Sequence record: NC_070957.1
Direction: 5' to 3' (one strand)
DNA: 64,000 nucleotides
Below the pieces are notes generated by a model. The model searched no databases. It was not told where the DNA came from and saw only the letters and a list, made by a program, of their open reading frames with translations. Position 1 is the stretch's first letter; every line of letters starts with the position of its first letter. A program made the translations under genes and the position numbers. Shown here one piece after another: positions 1 to 8,148 of this stretch.

Positions 1-20
1 CAGGCGGAAGAGATATTCCA

Positions 21-737
21 TTGGTGATAATGGATACTGAAGCGAAAGACATCAGGACCCAAGCCGAAGTGTTCCTGAGAATGATGGACGACAAGTCCAT
101 TGACAATCATAACGCATCCCACTTTATATGGCGGGGTCCGTATCTGATTCTCCGTACTTTCGGTCACCGTTCTTTTGAAGCAACCATCAGCGATTCCAGA
201 ACTGAAAAGTTCGGGTCGAGAGAAGGGCACAAGAACGTACTGAAACGTTTGATCGGAGTGATCACCGAGTTCCTTGCCGGACAACACGATTACTCCAAGT
301 ACAGTGTGGAGACTGATACGATCAAACACGTCTTCTACAATGAGAGCGTGATTGTTGACGGGACCGCCAGTATCTCTCGGGTTCAATCTTTCAATGCTGT
401 TTGTAAAACACTGGAAGAGCCCAACAAGAAGATGTTGACGTTGACGAGTATTAAGGGTGCTATCAACATCGTGGTCACCGAAGAAATGGATCTCTCTGGT
501 CTGCTCAAATCCATTGAACGTGGTGTAGGTGGCGAGAGTTTTGTCTCCACGGAAACTGGTGCGAATAACTTCGGACACTCCAGTTTGATTTACCACGTTA
601 TGGAGCCCAACAAAGGTTGTAACGAACCGCACATCCGGATTATCCATAGTACCAAATCCAAAGGAACGTCGCTGGCCTTTATAGCGACCCCTTTGTTTAT
701 TGAACGGATAACAGAAGTTGTAATGTCTGCACGGTAA
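21..737 (+). CDS. Hypothetical phage protein, ~238 aa (frame is open to the window edge, so the true start may lie upstream)
   Basis: ORF track; followed by a 15-bp hairpin; no recognisable family motif. Confidence 0.6.
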   Translation: MVIMDTEAKDIRTQAEVFLRMMDDKSIDNHNASHFIWRGPYLILRTFGHRSFEATISDSRTEKFGSREGHKNVLKRLIGVITEFLAGQHDYSKYSVETDTIKHVFYNESVIVDGTASISRVQSFNAVCKTLEEPNKKMLTLTSIKGAINIVVTEEMDLSGLLKSIERGVGGESFVSTETGANNFGHSSLIYHVMEPNKGCNEPHIRIIHSTKSKGTSLAFIATPLFIERITEVVMSAR

Positions 738-742
738 CGATA

Positions 743-775
743 AACCCTCTCCAACCATAGTGGTTGGAGAGGGTT
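743..775 (+). terminator. Stem-loop, probable intrinsic terminator
   Basis: AACCCTCTCCAACCA-TAG-TGGTTGGAGAGGGTT, perfect 15-bp stem just after the stop; weak U-tract. Confidence 0.65.
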
Positions 776-827
776 GTCATCCTTATATTTCTTTTTGATT
801 ATATGCCATCTATAGAGGGAATATAAC

Positions 828-1838
828 GTGAACGTAGACATTAATGATATCGACCACGTGCTCAGTTGCATGAGTGGTTTTGAAGCATTTTCCAATCAGC
901 AGGATAATAGCGATGCAGAGTACGCTAAGTCCTGCCTCAAACTCAATGGGGTGAATCTGGTCGCCATCGCCGGTAATGAGAGTTTCTTTGAAGCTATCAA
1001 ACAGGGCGGAAAGAAGATGTACGAGATGATCGTCAATCTTCTCAGGGGAATCAAGAACTTCTTCTTTGGTTCCGGTGGAACCGGGAAAGATAAAGCAGTT
1101 TCCCAAGCTAAGACCGAAGTGAACAATACCAAGAAAAGCATTGTCATTACGGTGAAGACTTTGGAGAAAGGGGATCTCCCTAGTGGGTCAGCCGGTGTTT
1201 CCAACACCAACCTGAACCGCGCCAAAGAAATGCTGGAAGAAGGTAAAGCCGCCGCTGAACAGATCAACAAACTGATGAGTGGTGAGAACTTTGCACAAGG
1301 TGCAGAAAAATGGACCAAGTTCGTAGAGAACTATACCAGTGCCATGTGGACTGCTGAAAGCCGTGCCCACTTTGTACGCAACATTCCTCAGGTTAAGGTG
1401 AGCGACCTTGCCGCCCAAACCACCAAGCTCGAAAAGAGTCTCCGGGAAGTTGTTGCTGCTATTAAAGACGGTAACAAATACAACCACAATGATGCCCAGT
1501 ATATCGTAACTACGGTGGAAGGCGGTAGCAAGGTTATCGATGCGATGGACAAGGCACGGAGCGCAGCCAAAGAAATGCTCGCAAAAGTCACCATCGATTT
1601 GGAGCACAACAACAAAGAGTACAAGAAACTCTTGGAGTTTACCGACGAAGTTCTTGTTAACCGTGGTAAGGAAATGCAGAAGCTCGGTAGCGATCTCGTC
1701 CGCGTTACTAACAATCTCACCGCACTGATCAAGGACCTGGAAGAAAGTATCAGCTCGCTCTGTTATGGTGTCGGGCGTATCGCCAAGAAATTGGGTGTGG
1801 AATTTAATAACCCGCTTACCTCCATTTTGGCCAAATAA
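828..1838 (+). CDS. Putative head inner-body/ejection protein (paralog of 20417-21358), 336 aa
   Basis: GTG start with GAGGG upstream. N-terminus YAKSCLKLNG...AGNESF aligns by eye with YARTCLELNGYSGNEGF of 20417-21358. G-x-E protease-type sites; helical body. Confidence 0.65.
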   Translation: MNVDINDIDHVLSCMSGFEAFSNQQDNSDAEYAKSCLKLNGVNLVAIAGNESFFEAIKQGGKKMYEMIVNLLRGIKNFFFGSGGTGKDKAVSQAKTEVNNTKKSIVITVKTLEKGDLPSGSAGVSNTNLNRAKEMLEEGKAAAEQINKLMSGENFAQGAEKWTKFVENYTSAMWTAESRAHFVRNIPQVKVSDLAAQTTKLEKSLREVVAAIKDGNKYNHNDAQYIVTTVEGGSKVIDAMDKARSAAKEMLAKVTIDLEHNNKEYKKLLEFTDEVLVNRGKEMQKLGSDLVRVTNNLTALIKDLEESISSLCYGVGRIAKKLGVEFNNPLTSILAK

Positions 1839-1847
1839 CAAATAAAG

Positions 1848-1888
1848 AACTCCTACCTCCCCGTCAAGGGAGGTAGGAGTTAATTTTC
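1848..1888 (+). terminator. Intrinsic terminator, family A
   Basis: AACTCCTACCTCCC-CGTCAA-GGGAGGTAGGAGTT then AATTTTCT; 20-nt core identical to 38612-38631. Confidence 0.8.
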
Positions 1889-1896
1889 TATTTTAT

Positions 1897-1912
1897 TTCA
1901 AACCGATATTAC
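1897..1912 (+). promoter_or_regulatory. Candidate early (virion RNAP) promoter
   Basis: TTCAAACCGATATTAC; last 8 nt one mismatch from the phiKZ early consensus TATATTAC; near copy at 31847-31862. Confidence 0.35.
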
Positions 1913-1998
1913 TTAGTTGATAAACAAATGGTTTATCGAATCAGCGTGTAAGTTGGTAGAGCAACTTACACATCTTTCAACTACACGGGAGGTGACAT

Positions 1999-2130
1999 AT
2001 GTCTCTTTCAGGTTTGGTGAAGTTTAATTCGAATCGCACTAATAGCGGTGAGAAACAACAGGCACCTAATCAAGGTAACGGATTTGTGGTAACGGCCACG
2101 AAACGCATGCCGGACTACCTTAACAAATAA
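1999..2130 (+). CDS. Small protein, 43 aa (MSLSGLVKFNSNRTNSGEKQQAPNQGNGFVVTATKRMPDYLNK)
   Basis: Read by hand, below ORF-track cutoff. Strong SD GGAGGTGA shortly before ATG 1999; TAA at 2128-2130; flanked by terminators. Confidence 0.6.
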   Translation: MSLSGLVKFNSNRTNSGEKQQAPNQGNGFVVTATKRMPDYLNK

Positions 2131-2149
2131 TAGGTGGTCAACGTAATAA

Positions 2150-2176
2150 AGTACCTCTCCCAATGGGAGAGGTACT
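2150..2176. terminator. Bidirectional terminator between small ORF and DNA polymerase gene
   Basis: AGTACCTCTCCC-AAT-GGGAGAGGTACT, 12-bp stem; AATAAA upstream gives the minus-strand U-tract. Confidence 0.75.
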
Positions 2177-2197
2177 ACACCCATAACTTATTTTTTT

Positions 2198-3940
2198 TTA
2201 TGCCGCTTCTTTCTGTTTCTGCTCTTCAATGAATGGCATTACTCGGCTTGCATAGAAGTCATTTGCTTCAACCAAACTAGGCATGCCGAAGATTGTTGTG
2301 CACAGGGTGTTCGCATTAGCTATCGGACTACTGGCATAGTTAACACCGAGTCGTCTGTAATCCAAGCGATCAAGACCTTGTACTTCGCAAACCTCCAGCT
2401 TAGTGGTCTTGTTAGACACGTTAAGCGCAACGGTAACGTGAGGGTACGCACCAGTTACGTCAATGTCGTCCGTGGAACCACGCCCCATTGATTTCCAGTC
2501 CTGGAGACCGGTATACAACGCTCTGCCATTGGCTTCGTTGAGTTCAGCATGAAGCAACGCAATCCAGTCACGAAGATCTGGCTTAAGTTCTTTGAACGGA
2601 TCCTCTTTACGACGACCAACAGTTCCCCAAACATAACCATTTTGTTTTGCAATGAATGACAGTTTGTCAGAGATCATTGACGGTTGGGATTGATAGGAAC
2701 GAAGCTCAGAAGAAGTAACCAGAGACGGTAACGACAGTGAGTAATCGTTAGTTGCTCGGTTAAGATCTTCGATAGTCCAGTTATCTCGGATGTTGTACAT
2801 CGCGTACAGATACGGTTCATGTTTGAGCATCCATTTGTGCCACTCAGCAGAACCAGCCTGGAGATGTGAACCTTTCTCCGTATACAACTTACCTTCGATG
2901 CCTTCTGATTCAGCTGTGAACTGAAGACTGTACGATTCACGTTTACCACCAGGGGCGCGTTTAATAGCATAGAACGACATGCCATCGAACCACTGCCACT
3001 TAGCGGGTGCTTGAACCACAGGGAATTTCTCGTGGTTATCCAACGGTGACTTAGAACCATCTACCTTCGTCTTAAACTGCCGACCAGGATAATAAAGATA
3101 ATCTTGGTAAGCACGTGGACAATCAGGGTCAGAGTAAGTCATCGCCAGGTCGTAACCTTCATTCAACAAAGCTTCCTGGTTCGCTTCCATATCAAAGTTA
3201 GCGTTCCATGAAACAATGAAGTCAGGTCCTACCTTGTGCCACCACTGAATGTTGTTGTAAACAATCACCCCAGGACGATCGGCCAACTCATAAACGATTT
3301 CAACGTTATGTTTGTCGATATACTCTTGGAGATATTGCTTCTCGTACAACTTCAAATTCTTCATGATGGTTTCGTCATCATGACCGTGGAATATCTCACG
3401 GAGACCACACCAGTAAACCTTATTCTTGATGGTGGTAGATGCCATGTTGATTGGACCGGTACTGCCGTCATCCAGAATGAAGGTCTCCACGTCATACGCG
3501 GCTACTGAGTACGCTTCTTGCGGTTGGTGATCTGGGTACTTATCGAAGAACTTCTGCTTGAAGATAACCGGAACAGTTTCCTGACATCCAAATACGAATG
3601 GGTTATTCTTCAACATGGTGATGTCAGCTTTACGGTCAGGACGACCATGCAACACCTTACTAATGTTGACATGAAGTCGTGCTGCGTTAGAACTGAACTT
3701 GTCACACTTCTTGATTTCGATGTAGTCTCGGTTATCCTTGAAGGTCCGATATTTGGGTTTCACCACATAGAAATCAGTTTTGTAATCTTCCAAGAAGACG
3801 AGACGATCTGTACGCCCACCCTCTTCGTCGATCTCAGTAATCTTGGCTGTCAGAAGGTCATGGTCCGGGTCATTCTTGTGATAGCTCAAATACGCGTGTT
3901 TGCAAACACGAGCAATTACTTTTGGTTTCGTGGTTAGCAT
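2198..3940 (-). CDS. Split family-B DNA polymerase, 3'-5' exonuclease + motif A subunit (phiKZ gp082-like), 580 aa
   Basis: ExoI AAYDVETF, ExoII SWNANFD, ExoIII YNIRD, PolB motif A DIDVTGAYP; no DTD motif C seen. Confidence 0.85.
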   Translation of the reverse strand: MLTTKPKVIARVCKHAYLSYHKNDPDHDLLTAKITEIDEEGGRTDRLVFLEDYKTDFYVVKPKYRTFKDNRDYIEIKKCDKFSSNAARLHVNISKVLHGRPDRKADITMLKNNPFVFGCQETVPVIFKQKFFDKYPDHQPQEAYSVAAYDVETFILDDGSTGPINMASTTIKNKVYWCGLREIFHGHDDETIMKNLKLYEKQYLQEYIDKHNVEIVYELADRPGVIVYNNIQWWHKVGPDFIVSWNANFDMEANQEALLNEGYDLAMTYSDPDCPRAYQDYLYYPGRQFKTKVDGSKSPLDNHEKFPVVQAPAKWQWFDGMSFYAIKRAPGGKRESYSLQFTAESEGIEGKLYTEKGSHLQAGSAEWHKWMLKHEPYLYAMYNIRDNWTIEDLNRATNDYSLSLPSLVTSSELRSYQSQPSMISDKLSFIAKQNGYVWGTVGRRKEDPFKELKPDLRDWIALLHAELNEANGRALYTGLQDWKSMGRGSTDDIDVTGAYPHVTVALNVSNKTTKLEVCEVQGLDRLDYRRLGVNYASSPIANANTLCTTIFGMPSLVEANDFYASRVMPFIEEQKQKEAA

Positions 3941-3977
3941 TGTTACACTCTCTACTTAATCTAATTATAAGACCTCG

Positions 3978-3986
3978 AATGTTATG
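3978..3986 (+). promoter_or_regulatory. Candidate late promoter AATGTTATG
   Basis: TATG-containing motif recurring at 18213 and 29509, each before structural genes; phiKZ late promoters have TATG at the start site. Confidence 0.45.
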
Positions 3987-4056
3987 ACGTCTTAAGAAAT
4001 GGGGTTCGCTAAACTATAGCTTCCTCACTGTTTATTTACTCCGGAGCAAAACAGTT

Positions 4057-5412
4057 ATGATTGGTATTGACTTCATCAGACCCCGGGCCGATTTCGGACC
4101 CATGGGGTTTAGTGGTTTGGAATTTTTGGACAAACAAACTGACACAGTATTTCGTCAGCTTGTTACCATGTTCCAGACCATGATCAAACAAGATCAGCAC
4201 GGTCAAAACGTCCTGGATTGGGACAACGCTGACCGCCAGGAAATCAGTGATTATCTTCTCGACGCAACCGGGATGAAGATCATTATGATGGATGGCACCA
4301 ACACCGTTGGTAACGCCGCTATCGAAGCAGGGTACTTCTCCCCCAACAACCTGATCAACAGCACCGAGGTTGACAAGTGGTTGGATGTGAAACACACCAA
4401 CGTTGCACAGGCACTCCGTACACTCAAGGTTGACGTGATGTCCGGTTGGATCGATACTTCTACTGGTAAGGTCGGTGGTGACCTCAGTAAGATCGAATTC
4501 AAACTCTACATCCAGTCCTACCTGGACATGTTCCTCGTTCAAAAGCGTTTCGCTAAATGGGGTGCTAACTTCCCCGAGCTGTTGGCTTCCATTGTTCTTC
4601 ATGAAATGGGTCACGCTTGGACAGCGATGGTTTACGCATTCCAAACCTGTTTCGACTCTTTGTTCCCGATTGCTGCGGTTCGACTGGCGATGAACGCCAA
4701 GGGTGAACGCGAGAAAGCAACGATCATCAAAGAAGCAAAGGCAGCCCTGGAGATCCCTGAGAACCTCACGGACAAAGATCTCGAAGTAATGGCCGATCCC
4801 GAAGGTCTGACACTCTACTTCAAGAAAGCCATCGAAACCCGCAACCTCCGTCGTACACTGTCTCTGGGTGTCAGTGCTCGTAACGCTGAAAGCTTCGCTG
4901 ACATTTACGCTGTTCGGATGGGTGCCAGTAAAGAACTGGTGATCGCACTCGCTTCTCTTCCAAACGCCGTCCCGATGTGGGTCCCGACTTGGTTCATGGT
5001 GGCTGCCGTGCTTGGTTCCATGGTGGGTTCTCCTTTCATTGTCGGTTACGCCGGCACCATGGCTGTGTTGATGACTCTGGTCTCCCTGGCGGAATCTCTT
5101 CGCCCTGGCGATACTTACGACACTCCGTATCGTCGTATAAAGGCAATCCTTCGTGAGATGGTTGCTGAATTCCAGAATTCCAAGCACCTCTCCAACAATG
5201 ACAAACGTCGTCTGTTGAATCAGTGCAAAGACATGGCCAAACTGATCGAAGATCAGAAACCCATGCTGGAAGGTACTGCCGTTCAACGCATGGTAGGTTG
5301 GATCTTCTCTGGTTCTGACTTCAAGGCTCAGGACTTCGAACACTACACCCACGAAATCATGTCCCACAATCTCAGTCTCTACGAAGACTTCTTCAAATCC
5401 GATAAGGAGTAA
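4057..5412 (+). CDS. Zincin (M48-like) metallopeptidase-like protein with hydrophobic hairpin, probable virion protein, 451 aa
   Basis: HEMGH (4600-4614), downstream AESFADIYA, ~40-aa hydrophobic segment; first gene of the structural operon. Confidence 0.7.
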   Translation: MIGIDFIRPRADFGPMGFSGLEFLDKQTDTVFRQLVTMFQTMIKQDQHGQNVLDWDNADRQEISDYLLDATGMKIIMMDGTNTVGNAAIEAGYFSPNNLINSTEVDKWLDVKHTNVAQALRTLKVDVMSGWIDTSTGKVGGDLSKIEFKLYIQSYLDMFLVQKRFAKWGANFPELLASIVLHEMGHAWTAMVYAFQTCFDSLFPIAAVRLAMNAKGEREKATIIKEAKAALEIPENLTDKDLEVMADPEGLTLYFKKAIETRNLRRTLSLGVSARNAESFADIYAVRMGASKELVIALASLPNAVPMWVPTWFMVAAVLGSMVGSPFIVGYAGTMAVLMTLVSLAESLRPGDTYDTPYRRIKAILREMVAEFQNSKHLSNNDKRRLLNQCKDMAKLIEDQKPMLEGTAVQRMVGWIFSGSDFKAQDFEHYTHEIMSHNLSLYEDFFKSDKE

Positions 5413-5414
5413 CT

Positions 5415-5864
5415 ATGTCTCATCTCGCTCACCTGGTCGAAGTACAACAAGACCTGATCGCCAAAGGCGTTACATCCCCCAAGGTTCACATGGACGTGGG
5501 TCGTGGTGCCTATGTGCGTGCCCTGGCCGTGTTCCAACAGCGTCGCCGTCTTCCCGAAAAGGATCTCGGTCATTTCAATGACATGATCCTGGGTTACTGG
5601 AACGAAACCTCCCCCATCCAGGGTAACCTGATCATCGCTGAACTGCGCGCATTCAATGCCGCACTCCGTAACCAACTGGAATCACTGGGTGGTCTGGACC
5701 AAGTTTGTGTCGAATTCGTACGACCCGCTGACCTGGACGCATCCATTCAAGTTTCCAGCCTGAATGGTTTCAAAGCCATGGTTGAGTCCTTGGTATCCGA
5801 TACCGAGAAGAAACTCAAGGAATGGTTGGAGTGTGATTACTTCAGTGTTAACGAGGCGGTATAA
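5415..5864 (+). CDS. Hypothetical protein, probable virion component, 149 aa
   Basis: ORF track, SD AAGGAG, tight operon packing. Confidence 0.65.
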   Translation: MSHLAHLVEVQQDLIAKGVTSPKVHMDVGRGAYVRALAVFQQRRRLPEKDLGHFNDMILGYWNETSPIQGNLIIAELRAFNAALRNQLESLGGLDQVCVEFVRPADLDASIQVSSLNGFKAMVESLVSDTEKKLKEWLECDYFSVNEAV

Positions 5865-5866
5865 CT

Positions 5867-7414
5867 ATGGAAGTTACTGGCACTGAAGAAAAGAAGCTGG
5901 GTAGTGTTATCCAGCTTTCCCCGCACGGTCAATCCGAGAATGTTCGGATGATCTCTCAACCCGAAGATGGTGAACCACTGGTCTCTTTGGACGATATGTA
6001 CGAAGTGACTGGCCAAGAAGCTATCACCAAACTGGTTCGTAGCTGCAACGAGTACTTCAAGAAAGGTCGTCTTGCCAAAGAGTCGATGACCTGTCTCAAC
6101 CTGGTTGGTGCTGAAAGCTTTGTTCCGATGTACGACAAGTACAACGCCCGTCTGGGTGGTGAAAGCTTCGTCAAAGGTCTGAAAGACGGTTTCGTGGCTG
6201 TCATCAAGGCGATCATCAAGTGGATCAAAGCACTGACAGCCTGGATCATCAATGGTGTTAAAACTCTGTTGGGGTTCAACAAAACCGAACATGAGTGCGC
6301 CATCGCTTCCGAGAACGCTGACAGTATCACCAAGAACGTTTCGGCACTCCTCGGTTCTGTATTCGAAACCGGTAAGGATGAATACACTGCTTGGGTGAAT
6401 GACACTGCAATGGTGGAAGGCATTCCCAATAACCTGGGTAACCGGAACACTGTGAAGGTGATTCACGCTAAGACTCTTAGCGCTGAGGAATCTCTCGCCA
6501 AGATGGTGGCGAATACAGAAGTCATCAACCAAGTGGACAAGCTGATCGCTGATTCCCGAGCTCGTGAACAGAAGGCTGCTTCTGATTACAAAGTTGCTAT
6601 CGCAAGACTTCGTCGTAAGGCGAAAGAAGAGAAAGTAACTGAATCAGATGTTGCTGAGTTCGTTGAAGAACTCGAACGGATCGTATTCCAGGACATCAAG
6701 TTCCGTGAACTGGCCAAGACCTCCAAAGACCTGATTTCGTCTCTGTTCGATATCGAGATTAAGGACCTGGGTTACGACGCCAACTTCAAGGAATTGAAAG
6801 AGCTCACTCGGAACCAGATCATCACCACACAGGTGAAGACATTCGATCGCCAGGAAGCTGTTTTCGCCAAAGCACTAGCTGGTATTAAGAAACGCACTGC
6901 TGACGCATCCACTCGTTTCCTCGATACCAAAGCAATGACTGCGTTCAGTGAAATCGCCGACGAAGATGACGCTATCTTCATTCGTGGTGTTTCCGAGATC
7001 ACTGGTAACGGCATCATGGGTGACTTCGCGACCTTCAAGACACGTCAGCGTGGTTATCTGGAGCTGATCGAAACAGTTACTCGTGTTCTGGCATCCACCA
7101 AAGCCACCATGAACAGCATGGTCGATTACAACTCTCGTTTGAAGGCGATCACCGCCGCTTACGTTGTTCGTGATCTGGAAGCCATTGCCGATTACAACAA
7201 GAAGATCAGTAAAGAGAATGCCGACATTCTGACTCAGGGTGGTGGTTCTCTCTTCTTCGATATGGATGACACTTCCGTACTGAAGTCGTACTATCCTGGT
7301 CTCCATGTAACTGACGATCTGGTACTCGCCATCCGCAACGCACGGGAACTCCCCAAGGTGAAAGGTGCTATCAACAACCTGCTGGGTTCTCTCGGTGTTG
7401 GTATGAGGGTTTAA
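5867..7414 (+). CDS. Head/ejection protein with propeptide, 515 aa
   Basis: TGQEAI, VGAESF and LGGESF sites then an amphipathic helix; helical body; position among phiKZ/SPN3US-type head genes. Confidence 0.7.
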   Translation: MEVTGTEEKKLGSVIQLSPHGQSENVRMISQPEDGEPLVSLDDMYEVTGQEAITKLVRSCNEYFKKGRLAKESMTCLNLVGAESFVPMYDKYNARLGGESFVKGLKDGFVAVIKAIIKWIKALTAWIINGVKTLLGFNKTEHECAIASENADSITKNVSALLGSVFETGKDEYTAWVNDTAMVEGIPNNLGNRNTVKVIHAKTLSAEESLAKMVANTEVINQVDKLIADSRAREQKAASDYKVAIARLRRKAKEEKVTESDVAEFVEELERIVFQDIKFRELAKTSKDLISSLFDIEIKDLGYDANFKELKELTRNQIITTQVKTFDRQEAVFAKALAGIKKRTADASTRFLDTKAMTAFSEIADEDDAIFIRGVSEITGNGIMGDFATFKTRQRGYLELIETVTRVLASTKATMNSMVDYNSRLKAITAAYVVRDLEAIADYNKKISKENADILTQGGGSLFFDMDDTSVLKSYYPGLHVTDDLVLAIRNARELPKVKGAINNLLGSLGVGMRV

Positions 7415-7415
7415 C

Positions 7416-8096
7416 ATGGTTATCAAAGAAGAAATCCGCAAAACAGCGGAAGAGATCATTGCTGGTCAGCAACAACTGAACCGGTACAATGAGTACTACG
7501 AAACGTTCCTCTCAGAGGCGCGGTGTAAGAAGGGGATCATGGATTTCCTTAGCACCCTCTTCGACAAAGAAACTACTGACGAATTCGTTCAGTATCCCTA
7601 TGGTCGAGCCAGAGAAGAAATGGTTCTCAAACTCACCACTGGTAAGTCGGCAGCTAACTCTATGCTCTGTCGTCGACTGATCATGGACGTGGGTGTGGAA
7701 TCCAGAGGTTTCCAAGCTTTGGAAGAAGCACGCAAGACACTTCTCAATCAAGTAGCCGATTATATCGTGCAGACCTTTGAGAAGCTGAACAAGTCAGAAC
7801 TGACGGATGTGCATGAGCGCCATGTGTATTTGCGCCGTGCAATCGCTAAGCTGGTTCGGTTGTTCTACACCGCTCCCCTGGCAGCTATCACCATGGACCA
7901 ATGGTCCGAGGTTGAACCTTCCGAACACACCAAGTATCTCACTACCACTATCGAGGAAATGGTTGATCGGATTCGACCGACTCGTACTGATGGCTGGTGT
8001 TCTGTTTGGTTCGCTGAAAATGGTTTGGATAACACGAACGTTATTCGTTCCATTATCAGTTATCTGGACTATCTGGATACATTCGACCAGTATTAA
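7416..8096 (+). CDS. Hypothetical protein, 226 aa
   Basis: ORF track; starts 2 nt after the previous stop; followed by terminator. Confidence 0.65.
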   Translation: MVIKEEIRKTAEEIIAGQQQLNRYNEYYETFLSEARCKKGIMDFLSTLFDKETTDEFVQYPYGRAREEMVLKLTTGKSAANSMLCRRLIMDVGVESRGFQALEEARKTLLNQVADYIVQTFEKLNKSELTDVHERHVYLRRAIAKLVRLFYTAPLAAITMDQWSEVEPSEHTKYLTTTIEEMVDRIRPTRTDGWCSVWFAENGLDNTNVIRSIISYLDYLDTFDQY

Positions 8097-8104
8097 GACA
8101 TAAG

Positions 8105-8139
8105 CCCCCTACCCCACCGAAAGGATGGGGTAGGGGTTT
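8105..8139. terminator. Bidirectional terminator, family B
   Basis: CCCCTACCCCACC-GAAA-GGATGGGGTAGGGG-TTT between convergent genes; near-identical to 47213-47249. Confidence 0.8.
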
Positions 8140-8148
8140 ATTATGTTG

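Noticed and set aside
1941-2040. tRNA-like fragments: AGTTGGTAGAGCA (D-loop-like, 1951-1963) and TTCGAATC (T-loop-like, ~2028)
   Set aside because: No D-stem, acceptor or T-stem pairing; spacing about twice that of a tRNA; the first is locked in a different 10-bp hairpin and the second lies inside the small ORF
4036-5367. 443-aa minus-strand ORF opposite the metallopeptidase-like gene
   Set aside because: Antisense shadow without motifs
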